A stretch of 64,000 nt of DNA from Lama guanicoe. Lineage: Eukaryota. Location of the stretch: NCBI GenBank assembly GCA_013239625.1, contig MU053216.1, positions 2,384,943-2,448,942 on the forward strand, in the 5' to 3' direction. Below are positions 39,975 through 52,900 of this stretch, in pieces. The notes beneath the pieces are model-generated. The model was not told the DNA's origin. It ran no database searches and saw only the letters and a program-made list of their open reading frames with translations. Both the position numbers and the translations under genes were made by a program. How positions within the stretch are numbered: position 1 is the first letter of the stretch; every line of letters begins with the position of its first letter.

Positions 39975-40112
39975 CTGGCCCAGCATTCTTCAGCCAGTAA
40001 GTTGTAGAACCAGGACCACAGCACAGGACCATGTGATAACAAAGCCAAAGTAATTTCCAGTCGGCCACACTGCATCGGCCTCTTGTGGGGTGGTTCCCCT
40101 ACACATTCTATT
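39975..40112 (-). pseudogene. Ankyrin-repeat-like exon remnant
   Basis: cacag|AATAGAATG…GGCCAG|gtact. Reads IECVGEPPHKRPMQCGRLEITLALLSHG, resembling G-x-TPLH-x-A…G-x-LE…LL-x-HG. Confidence 0.45.
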
Positions 40113-40774
40113 CTGTGCCATCTTCTTCCATGAATCCTCTCCCTTTCATCAGGAACCAGTAGGTTTCAATAATTTTGTGTTCATGGAAAAGAGGGGGTCC
40201 AGAGGAGCTAGTGGGAGTCAGAAAAAATAATGAGCTCAGTCCTGATGCAAATTCAGGTGTTTATGGGACTCTTCAGGGGCCAGGCTGGACAGGACAGTGG
40301 AGTGGACGCTGGCGGGCTTGGCCCGGGACACTCCCTGCAGGCTCAGGTTAGAGAGAGAGCCGTGACATACGCACTGGATGAACAGACACATGCACTTTGT
40401 CTTTAATCTGTTACTACAGCTCAGTATTTAACAAGTGGCCCCCAGGAATGATTTTAAAGGAGAAACTCAGATTTGGGTGGAAATCCCTCCTGTACTAAAT
40501 ATAATTAACAGTCCACAGGATTTCTTCTCTGTGAAACCATCTCTAGTTACAGAGACATGGAAATTAAATTTTTGTAACAGATAGGTATAATCATTTATTT
40601 ATGTGGCTTTATGTGATTTTTGAATGAAACTTGATAAGCAATTTATATTCTATGGAGTGAAAAAAAGGAATCAGAGGGATTAAAAGCAGAGAACAAAAAT
40701 CATGAAACTTTAAACACAAAAATTATGACTGAAGATGTTTTGTTCTAGAAAGCTTTCCAGAACACTTCTGTACT

Positions 40775-42305
40775 TTTTTTTTCTTCTTAGTCATATCTAT
40801 TTTTTAAAATTATCATTGATTTAAAATACCATATTAGTTTCAGGTATACAGCAAAGTAATTCTGTTATATATATGTATATTCCTTTTCAGATTATTTTCC
40901 ATTATAGTTTATTACAAGATATTGTAATTGCCTCTGCTATACAGTAGGTCCTTGTTTATCCATTTCGTACATAGCAGTGTGTATCTGTTAATCCCAAACT
41001 CTGAATTTATTCCTCCCCCATCTCGCTCTCCCCTTTGGTAACCAGAAGTTTCTTTTCTATGACTGTGAGTCTGTTTCTGTTTTGAAAATAAGTCTATTTG
41101 TATTATTTTTTTAGATTCCACATATAAGTGATATCATATGATATTTGTATTTCTCTGTCTGACTTATTTCACTTAGTATGATAATCTCTAGGTCCATCCA
41201 TGTTGCTGCAAATGGCAATATTTCACTCTTTTTTATGGCTGAGCAATATTCCATTGTGTATGAATACTACATCTTCTGTTGATGGACAGTTAGCTTGTTG
41301 TGGCTACTGTAAATAATGCTTCTATGAATATTTGGGTGCATGTATCTTTTTGAATTGGGGTTTTCATCTTTTCTGGATATATGCCCAGGAGTGGAATTCC
41401 TGGATCACATAATAGCTCTATTTTTAATTTTTTAAGGAACCTCTGTACTGTCCTACATAGTGGCTGCATCAATTTACATTCCCACCAGCAGTGTAGGAGG
41501 GTTCTCTTTTCACCACACCCTCTCCAGCATTTATCATTTGTAGACTTTCTGATGATGACTATTCTGACCGGTGTGAGGTGGTACCTCATTGTAGTTTTGA
41601 TTTGCGCTTCTCTAATAATTAGTGATGCTGAGCATCTTCTCATGTGCCTGTTGGCCATCTGGATGTCCTCCTTGGAGGAACGTATATTTCTAAGGTATTT
41701 GTCCTATTTTTTGATTGGGTTGTTTGTTTTTTCAATATCGAGCTATGTGTGCTATTTGCATATTTTGGAAATTAATCCCTTGTTGGTCACATTGTTTGAA
41801 AATATTTTCTCCCGCTAAGTAGGTTGTCTTTCCATTTAGTCAATGGTCTACTTTGCTGTGCAAAAGCTTTTATGTTTGATTAGGTCCCATTTGTTTATTT
41901 TCACTTCTATTTCTTTTGCCTTGGGTAACTTATCTAAGAAAACATTGCTACAATTTATGTCAGAGAATGTTTGCCTCTGTTCTCTTCTAGGGGTTATAAG
42001 GTGTTGTGTCTTATATGTAGGTCCTTAAACCACCCTGAGTTTATTTTTGTGTATGGTAGGAGGGTGTGTTCTGATTTCACTGACTTACGTGTGGCTGTCC
42101 AGTTTTCCCAATGCCACTTGCTGAAGAGACTGTCTTTTCCTCCTTGTGCATGCTTGCCTCTTTTGTCAAAGACTAATTGACTGTAGGTGTGTGGGTTTAT
42201 TTCTGGGCTCCCTATTCTGTTCTGTTGATCGCAAAGTCTGTTTCTGTGTCAATACTATGCTGTTTTGATTACTGTAGCTTTGTTGTATTGTCTGAAGTCT
42301 GAAAG
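40775..42305 (-). mobile_element. 5'-truncated LINE-1 (ORF2 3' part plus 3'UTR)
   Basis: Minus ORF 41290-41658 [32 protein letters not shown]…; T-rich tail near 40775-40806. Confidence 0.95.
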
Positions 42306-42784
42306 AGAATATTTCTATTTGAAGAGAATTTTTTCAGCATTATCTAAATGATCTGGAGAATACTGTTTATATTACTATATGTTTAATGCAATCCATTGAT
42401 TTTCCAGCCAGTTCCAATGGGATCAGGCACTCTGAAAGACCATAGCTAAATGCATTTTTTAATGTAGTCTCAAATGTTTGTGCACAGTCGACTTTTACCA
42501 GTATCATTTCAATTTTTCACATTGCTGATATTTTTTATTTTTGTCACAGTTATTTCCAAAAATTAGGTATCAAAGAATTTTTTAAGAAGAATTCTCTGTA
42601 TTTATTGAAATAGTACTATTGTCAGATCTCAGACTGAGGAAAATGTGGTCTCCGAAGGAAAAAAATGTAAGAATTCAAAGCAAGATTAACTGAAATTAGG
42701 TGAGGTTTCAATGGTCTTAGAAAACCAACTCCAGCAAACGAATGTTCCAGGCCTTACAGTTTAGGGGAGAAATGTATTTGCAGT

Positions 42785-43211
42785 GCTATGTTAGTTTCAC
42801 TGAGTGGCTTCAATAACAGAAATTCACCATCTGACAATTCTGAGGAGTGGAAGTCCAAGATCAAGGTGTCAGCAGGGTTGGTTCCTCCTGAAGCCGTGAG
42901 GCAGAATCTGTTCGATGCCTCTCTTCTTGCAGCTGGTGGTTTCCTGGCAATGTTCAGCATTTCTTGGCTTATAAATGCACCTCCCCAGTCTCCCCAACCT
43001 CTGCCTTCATGTGCATGTGGTGTTCCCTCTGCGTGCAGCTCTGTCTCTGGTCCCAAATTTCCACTTTTTATAAGGTCACCAGTCTTACTGGATTAGGCCC
43101 CCCACAACCCCTTGATCATCTGTAAAGATTCTATTTCTAAATAAGGTCACATTCACAGGCTGGGTCAGGACACGAACATCTTTTGGAAGGGACACAGTCA
43201 ACCCATAACAA
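42785..43211. mobile_element. MaLR (MLT1B/C-like) solo LTR
   Basis: gagtggcttcaataacagaaattc…gaagtccaagatcaaggtgtcagcagggttggttcctcctgaag…gggacacagtcaacccataaca. Confidence 0.88.
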
Positions 43212-44064
43212 GCACACAGAAAGGTGGAACGCTTTAACTACAAGGCATACAAATCAGATGGGGCGGGCAGGGCGTGCTCCCCATGAGCCCAACCCCTGAG
43301 GTTCAGGGAGATGAATACTGTAGTCTGGGGCTGCACAAGGACACAGAGGTGAGCCAGGACAGCCCCCTTAGAGAGGATGTGGCCCGATTTCTTTAAAGAG
43401 CAGAGCAAAATTCTCTGTGATAATGAGGCCCCCCTTGTGAGGTGACAGACTGCCAAGCAACAGCTGGGTACCTCCCCAGCTCCTAAGAATTAGGTTAATA
43501 CTTTCATAACAGTCCAAATGAATTATTTTCGCGTGTGTGAAACGCTGCTTCTGCAGGCTCCTTTAGGCTGTCCGAGGCCACACAACCGAGCACACAGCTG
43601 AGTCTTGAGTGTTGCTTCCTGACCCTCATAGGCTAAGGCTGAGAAGGCTGGGCCCCCGGTGCATGGTTTGTGTTGGCCCTAATCCATAGGAGAGGGAAGC
43701 GCTGTCCTGTGAATTTGGTGATCCGGGAAAGCTTCATTTGCCACTGGTCCCGTCAGCAAACCTGTCGACCCCCAGAACGAGGCAGGCTTGGGGGCACTCC
43801 CGACAAAGAGTGAGGTGGCTGGGCAGGCACAAGGCTCCAGAGCTGCATGCAGCCAGATCCTGATCCTGGGACACATGCCCATGGGGCACTGGGACCCACA
43901 GCCCCCCGTGTGTAACAGGACCGCTTCGTCTGTGATAAGAGTAAGTTGCAAGAAAGATTCCTTGAGCCCAAGGGAACAGAGGAGGAGACAGCGACCAGGG
44001 CAGCTCCTGGGGATTACTGATCACAGACGCGGCCCCGCCCTGACTACTGCGTCCTCAGTATTCC

Positions 44065-45500
44065 ATCTACTCATTTGGTAAATAGCTCTTAAGCATCAGG
44101 GGCTGTTTTATGAGCTGGCCACAGATACGTCTGTTCCCGTGGAGTTCGCAGTTGAGTAAAAAGCTAATAGACAAGCAAGTGGAAATACAGGACGTCACTC
44201 TAGGTGAACGACGATCAGGATGAGAAGTACGGGGCGTGGAAACAGTAGCAGGGAGGGTCCCTCTCTCATGGGAGGCTCTTAGGAAGACTTCACGGGAGGC
44301 CAATCTGAGCAGAGCCTTGGAGGAGGTGGGAGAGTGTGCCGTGGGCTCTGAGAGGAAAGCGCACTCTAGGAAAAGAGAACCGGGAGAGCCAAGGCCCCAG
44401 GCCCCTGAGGCCGCGTGGCCTGGGCGTGGAGCAGAAGGGCACAGGCTGGCGTGGAGAGGGGAACCTTGGGGGGAGCCCAGACTGCAGACCGCTGTGCGGG
44501 CTTGCGATTTTGCAGTGAGCCAGTGAAGGGCTTCAGCAGAAGATTAACATGCTCCGAAGGACCTTCCAAATCGGCTCTCTCTGGCTTCAACGTTGAGAAT
44601 GGATGGGTCTGGGGCAGGGGGAGGAGAGAATCTAATTACAAGGCCAATGATAATTCTGGCATAAAATAACAGATGGAACCAAGGTAACAGCTTTGATGGT
44701 GAGAAGAGGTTTAATTCTGGATACACTTGGAAAATAGAGCCTCAGGATTTCAGGATATACTGAACGCAGGTTTTGTGAGAAAATGAGGACGGGTGCTGAC
44801 CCCCGCCGAGCAGCTGGACGGCTAGGGCCCTCCGGGAGGACGAGGCTCTGCGGTGACGGGAAGACTGGCTTCGAGCGGCTTGAGTCTGAGCTTCCTAGTC
44901 AGACGGTCAACAGGAGAAGCCGAGTAACAGCTGGAAACATGAGTCTGCAGTTTAGGGGAGGGGTTTCAGGATGAGATCTAAGTTCGGTCATTATCGCCAC
45001 ACAGATGACACTGTGGTACACAGGATCTGATGAGATGGCCTGGACCGAGGGTAGACAGTGACTGGGGGACTGGAACCTGGGGCTGGAACTCCCCCGTGGA
45101 AACATCAGGGAGCTGCCGAAGAGCTAGCTGGGAGAAAAGTGGTCAGTGAGCCAGGACAAGAGCTAAGGAAGGGGTGTCCTGAGAGCCGGGCGCACACAGC
45201 GCTTCACGACGTGCAGGAAGACCCACGGTCGACGGCGGCTGGCCAGCCGCGGCAGACGCGGACACAGGGCTGCCTGCCGGACGCACACAACGTCGGGCAC
45301 TGTCGGACGAGATGGAACCCCAATTACACTCGGATCCAGGAGAGTCAGGATGCGAGGAACTGGAGGGGGGGAATACAGATGTTTGCTGTGATGAGGAGTT
45401 GAAAGTGGGGCAGCAGGTGGAAGGGGACGTGGAAGCAAGGGAGGTTTTTTCAAGATGGGAGAAATGGCGGCATGCTTGCATACTGATGAGCATAACAGGA
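44065..45500 (-). mobile_element. L2 LINE fragment, unusually GC/CpG-rich
   Basis: Reverse L2 terminus (tactcatttggtaaatagctcttaagcatc) and L2 body motifs (ttaattctggatacacttggaaaatagagcc…caggatctgatgagatggcctg). Confidence 0.7.
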
Positions 45501-46502
45501 GAGGGAGAGAAGTCGCCAGAAAGAGAAAGAAGAATTGGAGATCATCACGTGGCGCCCCTCAATACTCTGGAAAAGGAACATAGGATTGAATCCCGAGACA
45601 GAGTTTAGAGTCAAGTACACAGACTAGAGCAGAAAAACATGCAGTCGTTTTAGAAAAACATAAAGACCCCCAGGTACGCCACACTACACCACGACCTGAC
45701 TGAGTGAGGTGCTGTGTCTAAGAAATGCATTGATCTGAATTAGTTTGGCCAGACACTGGATGTAGAAGAAAGGCAATCACAAAAACCAAGCTTAGAAGTC
45801 CCAGTCACACACTCTCCCGGGCGACAAGGCCGGAGTTTTAACTTGTCACGTCCCTGGCAACACGTAATGTGGAAACAGATGCTGTAAGTTACCTCCATCG
45901 GAGGGCATGAGCTATCAGAACCACTTAATTCCCATTGCCCTAACTTCATGGATACCAAGCGGCTTTCAAACTGCAGCTCAGATTACTGCCACACTGGCTC
46001 CATCTTCTCTGCAGCAGGTCCTGATGCTCGGGGCAGCCAGAGCCCAGAGAAGCGCCCGGGACTATCCCCAGGGCGAACGCCAGCCCTGCCCAGCCTGCGC
46101 CAAGTGTTGCCCCAGCGTGCGGATTCACGACCCCGACGCTCTGTCAAGCTGGAGGGCCCGTTACTGTCCCAGCGGTTTTGTTCACCACACGTGCCTTTCT
46201 CCCCTCCTTCCCCGTCCCTTGCTTTGCAGTATTAGTAGACATAATCTCTGTCATTTCTGGGAAGACGCTTCAAGATCCAGGATGCTATTTGTCATCCTCC
46301 TTTTTATTCGTGCATCAGCAGGGATGAAAACATAGTGATTGAGGCTTGCACAGCCCGAGTCTCCGAGAGAGGATGACACTGGACACGCGGAGTGATCACG
46401 AGAAATAAGAAATAATTGCTTGTTAAGTCTCGGAGCCCGGGGGGTGGTTTTTCCTGAAGCAGCCCATCCTGACTGTTACTAAAAGGATCCATTCTCTGAG
46501 GA

Positions 46503-46546
46503 CAAGGACACGTCTCGCACGTGCCAAGGACACGTCTCGTACGTGC
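46503..46546. repeat. 22-bp tandem duplication
   Basis: caaggacacgtctcgcacgtgc / caaggacacgtctcgtacgtgc. Confidence 0.92.
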
Positions 46547-47554
46547 CAGGGATTCAGTCCCTTCCTCTCCTGCACGGGGCGTTCACTAGGTGATGCCACT
46601 CTTCTCTGCCTCACGGTCGGTCCTTGCCTCTGGTTCACACGTTTTTATTTTGAATGGCAGGTAGGAAACTGGAGCGCCCGGTTAAGAGCAGAACTTTGAA
46701 GCCAGAGCGTGTGAAGTCTGTGCCGCCTCCCTGTTGCTAAAGGACGCCATCTACCCAGAAAGGGATTTTGTTGCCTGCGGAGCTTTCTTGGGAAATTATT
46801 TCCTCTACTTACGTTCAGGATACATTCACTTCTTGAGATGACAACTGAGCACAGCCATAAATTACTCTGCAATTGAGGGAGACATATTTGAGCCTCACCG
46901 ATACCGTCTAGTCCGTACTCCTCCTTCCAAGTGAGTTCCCAAATCCCACCTCCAACGAGGTAGCAGGAAAGTTTGTACAAGGTACCGAACACCAGACTAA
47001 ACCCTGTATCAACGCTCAGTTTTCTAGTAAATTATAGCCCATTTGTTTTCACTACCTAGTGTGCTCTGAGATGCCTTTGGTTCGAGTTCATTTACCCCCA
47101 TGAGCTGCACTTGGACTGATCGCTACTAGAGAGTTTTTTTTTCCCCTGAGATTAAGCAAACGGCATTGATTTCATGTGTTATTTTATTTCATAGTTTGCA
47201 TATTTTACGTCATTATTATTACCCCGAGTTTAGTAATACATGTTAAGGGCTTTATAACAAGTTAAGCTTGAACTAGATCAGCAATTGTGAAAAACTGGAG
47301 AGATGTCAAGTGTAGTGAGGGAAAGAAATCGGCAGAGTTTTGCAATAAACGCAGGAAGGAATGGGGGAGGGAGCCGTTCAGGACGGCTTCTGAGCTCTGG
47401 CTTGAGAAACCAGTTGAGTCGCTGGAAGTGTCCTTCCCCAAGGTAGCAGAAGAGGACAGACTAGGAGGAGACCGTCATTTCGGTTTCGGGCGTATGCAAT
47501 CTGAGCTCTCACTGAAGTTAGACAATGTTGTGTACACATCTGAAACTCAGTGAC

Positions 47555-47925
47555 TGTTAAGAGACGGAGTATTTCTGTCCCCCCTAAATTCATATGTTAA
47601 AATCCTAATCCTCAGTTTGATGGCATTTGGAGGTGGGTCCCTTGGGAGGTGATGAGGTCACAGCGGCAGAGCCCACATGAATGGGATCAGCCTCCTTGTA
47701 AAAGAGATCCCAGAAAGCTCCCTGGTCCCTTCCCCAGGCCACGTGAGGACACCGCAAAAGCACAGCTGCCTAAGGACCAGGAAGGGGGCTCTCACCAGGC
47801 ACCAAACCTGCTGGCGCCTTGATCCTGGACTTCCCCGCCTAGAGAACTGTAAAAACTAAGGTTCTGTTGTTTATAAGCCATCCTGTCTATGGCATTCTGG
47901 TATGGCAGCTCGAATGCCTAAGATG
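47555..47925. mobile_element. MaLR (MLT1A-like) solo LTR, inserted in L2-like sequence
   Basis: ctgtccccccctaaattcatatgttaaaatcctaatc…gttgtttataagccatcctgtctatggcattctggtatggcagctcgaatgcctaaga. Confidence 0.88.
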
Positions 47926-49009
47926 ATGACTTCTGGGCTAGCAATAAAAAAAAGTGAACTAGCTGCATAAAGGTGGTAACTAAGGTTATGAACGTGGTTG
48001 GATTGTCCAGGGAGAGGCTGTAGAGCGGAACAGCTCAGAAGCTCAGGAAAGACCAGAAGCTGGGAAGGAGGAGGTCCAGGCCCAGAGACAACAGGGGATG
48101 AGAGGAGGAGTTTCCAAAAGACCTGGAGGAGGGACCAGAGAGGCAGAAAGAAATGAGAGGCTGCGTCAGAGACCAGGGCAGAGCACGCTTTCACAAGGGA
48201 GGAAGGGCCACCGGCATTCTCCTGACTGAGAAACAAGGAAGATGGAAAAACGTTCCTTTAGCAACATGGAGACGGCGGTAGGGCTGTTTCAGGGTGGAAT
48301 ATGTGAGAGCTGCTTCAGGGTAGATCAACGCTGGAAACCAGATTCCAGTGGGCTGAGGAACAGCAAACTAGGAGGCAAATACACTCAACTCTCTCAGGAT
48401 GGCTGGCTGGGAAAAGGGGGAAAGGAGCCAAAGGGGTTGAGAAGTCAACTCCAATGGGAAAATCTTGGCCATATTTAAAAGCCAATGAGAAGAAGGCTTG
48501 TGGGCAAGGTGGGCTTGATACAGCAGAGACAAGGGGTAATCGGCGGCGGATTATTTCTGAGAATGCGAGGGGCATATGCTCGACCCAGGGCACACGTTAA
48601 AAAGTTAGCTTCAGATAAAGGGGCAGGGACTTTTCCTCGGGTACTGATTTAAATGTGCCACACACGTTCTGCTAAGCGAGCTTCTTCACCAGCATTCTTT
48701 GCAAATTTCATTTTGATTTTGATTTCTTCTGCATCTAAAAAGTTATGTCAGAGAATGTTATTTTTAAATATTTCTATTTTTTTAAAATAGCTGAATATAA
48801 TTTTGAGATTTACTGCATTGTGGTCAGAATTTTATCTGCACTGTGTCTATGTATGGGAATGTTTTGAGATTTTCTTTGTGACCTAGTAGTAAGTGTTCAA
48901 TATTTGTGACAAATGTGCATTTGCAAAGAAAGTACTGCAGGCAAAGCATCTGATACATAGCAAATAGATCTACAAAATTACCACTTCCCTTACCTCTTCC
49001 CCATGGGAC

Positions 49010-49265
49010 AGACAGTGTTAAAGAGGCAGCTGCGGAGGCAACTGCTCAAGTTCAGGTTTCCAGCTTTCCTACTTACTAGCGTTATTACCTTAAATATGAC
49101 ATCTGACTTCTCGGTATCTAATTTTCCTCATCTTTAAACTGCTTGTGATGAGAGTTCTTACCTCATTAAGACTTAATCTTAAGATAATTAAATCCATTAA
49201 CACATCATCATGCACTTAAATTCGCGGTTGGTGCAGAGAAGACTTAAAAATGGTTAGTTAGCTAC
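49010..49265 (+). mobile_element. MIR SINE
   Basis: tcctacttactagc…ttctcggtatctaattttcctcatctttaaa…aaatggttagttagcta. Confidence 0.7.
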
Positions 49266-49446
49266 TGTCTCCATTATCTTCTTTCTGTCTCCTTGTTCTT
49301 CATGGGCTCGGAAAAGTGGACTGAAGTTTCTCCATTCTAACTCGTTTTTCCTATAATTCTTGTTTTATTAATGTGGGTGCTGTAGTATTTAATGTTTAGG
49401 TTGATATTTATCATACTGTTAGAAATACAAATATAAATGTAAATAC

Positions 49447-49448
<2 letters not shown>

Positions 49449-49478
<30 letters not shown>
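49449..49478. repeat. (TA)n microsatellite
   Basis: Perfect tatata run. Confidence 0.95.
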
Positions 49479-49483
<5 letters not shown>

Positions 49484-49959
49484 CCATAACTGATGGTCTC
49501 CACTGGAAAGTGCCCTTCTGTTTGGTTACATTCTGACCTTGGCTGTCAGAAAGTCCATGGCCCTGTTTTCCTTCTGTGTGCACCTGCCTGCTGTGTTTCC
49601 CTGCCCTTTCATTTCCCAGCCTTCTGGACTTACCTTTCAGGTGGAGCACACGCACACGGCACATAGCTTGGATTTGGCTTTAGAAGCTAATAAGGAGACT
49701 CCTTCACTCTCAAAAGTGCAGTTCAGTCCATTTGCTTTGATGTGACCTACTTTAGTCTTTTTATTCATTCATCATATTTTATACTCGATTATATATAACA
49801 TGTACATAAAGATATATGCATAAAACTATAAATTATTAAGGTGCTGTATTTAAGTTGTATACGTAACTTACATAATATACGTCTGTATATGTGTGTGTGT
49901 GTGTATATATATATGTATATAATCTTTGCATGTTCCGTTGACTTTAATTTGTTTGCCCG

Positions 49960-52900
49960 CACTATTTCACTGTTGTTGATTTGGAATTCTAATTTTATCC
50001 CACCGGTCATCTCCACTGCCCTCCGGCATCAGTTATTGCTCTGGAAGAACGTGAGGCCCACCTGGACTATTTCCCCTTAAGATGATGTCATCCTTTTGTC
50101 CTGATGTTGAAAGAACTCTTTGGTTCTGAAGTTGTGTCTTCACTAGAATGTGCTGCTCCTTCTGTGTCCGTTCCCCTCTGACGTGGTGGCCCTTCCACCT
50201 CTGGAAGATGTCTCTGAACTGTGTGTGTCTCTTACCCACCACATCGGGTTTCTCCTTGGGAGCACCAGCCTTGCAGATGCGGGGCTGGCTTTGGCAGCAC
50301 CGCGCGTGTGTGTACTCTCTGGAACCACATTTCAGACGCACGGCTCCCTGTGTCTTGCCTGCTGCCACCACTGCTGTCCGCATGTGTAACTGTGTTTTCA
50401 CCCAGGTTTATGCTCTGCTGTGTTGCCTTCTCCGCGGTCTTCAGTTCTGCGGTAGACTGTTTTATATTCCACATCTTTCTGAGCCCTTCCAGCTCTGTTA
50501 TTTTTACCACATCTTCTTTGCGCTCCTGTGTCTCTTCTTGTTTTGCAAAAAGGACAAGCCCTTCATTCTTTTTCTATTTTTTAAAAATTTTATTTGTTGT
50601 CACCTCTATTTTATACCATGGTCTCTTCCTTTACTCTTTAGTCACTGGGCATAGATTGTTAATAGATCGTTAGCTGCTCCTTTTAGATTATCAGTTATTT
50701 GGGAAGTGGGTCTTCCTGCAAGGGCAAGAAGCTCTCTGAGGCTTTCTTGTCTCAGCCAGCGTTGCCTGGAGCTGCTCCCACTGCAGATTCTCGCAGCTTC
50801 TCCTCTCCTTTCCAGAGGGCTTCTACACACAGGACAGCTGTGTTTTGTCCCCAAGGCCCCTCCACCCACCAGCTTCTTTGTCATGCCAACTAGATCCAGG
50901 AGAAAGGCCACCAGCAGTCTCTGCACACAATTACCCTGCTTAAAAAAAAATGGTGGTGGCCCTCGGTCTACGCCTCTTACTTGAAGGATCCGAGTCTTAC
51001 CAGCCTTACCTGGGATGGGAAACACCTGCACCCTCTCGGATTTCCCTGCACTTCTGTTTGCCTTTTAGTAAGTCTGATGGCCCTTTTCTTCCATCTATTT
51101 TACATTCTGTATTTTGATACTGCAAGTATCTCTAATTTCATTACAGATGATGTTGCTTTCCAAGTTGTTTTCAAGTATTTTCTGAAAGAAGCATAGGAAA
51201 ACTCAATCTTGGATCCACCATCTCTAAACCAGTTGTTTTTGGTCAGTTCGTGAAGCCACCTCACACTATGTCCTTCCGTGCCCAGGCTGTGGTTTACAGC
51301 ATAAACCCTCGTGCAGCCCTCCGATGCTGCCAGGTGTAGGGTGGTTCACTTCCTCAGGAGAATACCTCTGGTTCTTCCTATTCTTATCCATAAACAAACC
51401 ATCTTCACCATGCTCCTATATTTAATTTTATGGCTATTTATTTATATAAATAAAATTTTCTTCTCTTTTATTAAAGATACTTTCATTTTTAAACATTGCA
51501 TATCTCCTTACCGGTGGATTCCAGTCTTGAGTCTATTTTAATCAAATTTCAATTAAAAAAAAAGAGTAAACCAGAAAAAAAATTCTAAATTACACCTTTC
51601 CAATGGCCTCTAAGGAGGTTCACTTCCTTCCCTTTGTTGTTTACTTTGTTATCTGACCCAAGTATATTTGTCTGCAGACCTGTGATAACATTTGTTTCCC
51701 AACTTTCGTCTTTTTAATTCTCATCAGAAGTCCCTGAGTCTCTTCCTCACCAGATCGCTTTTTTCTACAGCTTTCCTTATTGTCCAGATTTGCATTCTTA
51801 TCTGGTTATCGTGATGCTCCACACCTAAATGCGTCTTAAACACCCCCTGATCAAGCCAGCACATCAAAGGATCTGTCAAACGCATTCCTGCAGGCTTCCT
51901 GGGACACACAAATGCCCCTTCTGCCAAAAGTCTATGCTTACAGCATTTTTATGGTATGTGTGAAAGTTACATCCAGCTCTGCCACACCATGTGTGTCGGC
52001 AGCCACTCACTTCCCTTCCCTACAAAAGTGTCCATGTCTTCAGATACACGTTTCAGATTTGCTCACCATCCATCCCCGATGCGGCACAGCAGAGGCGGGC
52101 AGAAATCAGTCTGCTGGATGCACCTCTTTGGAAGTAATGTCCACTGAGTTGTGACACATCCTGTGTCGTCACTGAGTCATCATGGCCTGTCCTCACTTTG
52201 GGGAAGGGGCAGTCCTCTTCCCACTCGTTAGAGTGTGTGACGCTGGCACTTTGGGATGAACAGCTGGAGCGCAACGAGAACGTGGTCCCGGTCCAGGGAG
52301 TCCGGCAGAGCTGTTAAGGGAAGTGGGGTGAGAGGCAGCCAGGTGGCAAGTGCGCGTCGCAGGTTGTCTTTGCTCAGGGCAGGGGTGCCAGAGGAGGCTC
52401 ATCTGAGAACGACCGCACGTGCCGTGCAGGACAGGCGAGGGTCCGTCGGCCCCAGTGGGCGCGGTGACGCTTCTCCAGGAAGCCCCAAGCCCCAGCTCAC
52501 AGGCGTGCCTGTGGACCTGCTCCAGCGCCCCAGCGTCTCCTCTTTCCCTGCGAGTCACGTCCTCTTACGCGCTCTCCAGTCGCTGAGAATGCATTTCTTC
52601 TTGGGTCTCCTCTTGGGTTCTTTTCTCTTCGGCCTCAGAGCATTCTTACTCTCCTTAATGAACCAGAACAAAGGCATATCCATCGAGCTTTTCCATTAGA
52701 CATGCACTCTTCTGCATCTGCAGTGGACGGAATCAGTGGCTGACTCAGGGAGAGACAGAAACCCAGCACAGCCCTCCCGCCTCCACCGCACACTCACGGC
52801 GCGCGCTTCCTGGGTACACAAGCACTTATGCCCCGCACGACACTTTCTCTGACCCTTTATCTCTGCAAAAGGCCTAAAAGCACAACTGAAAACCCATTCT

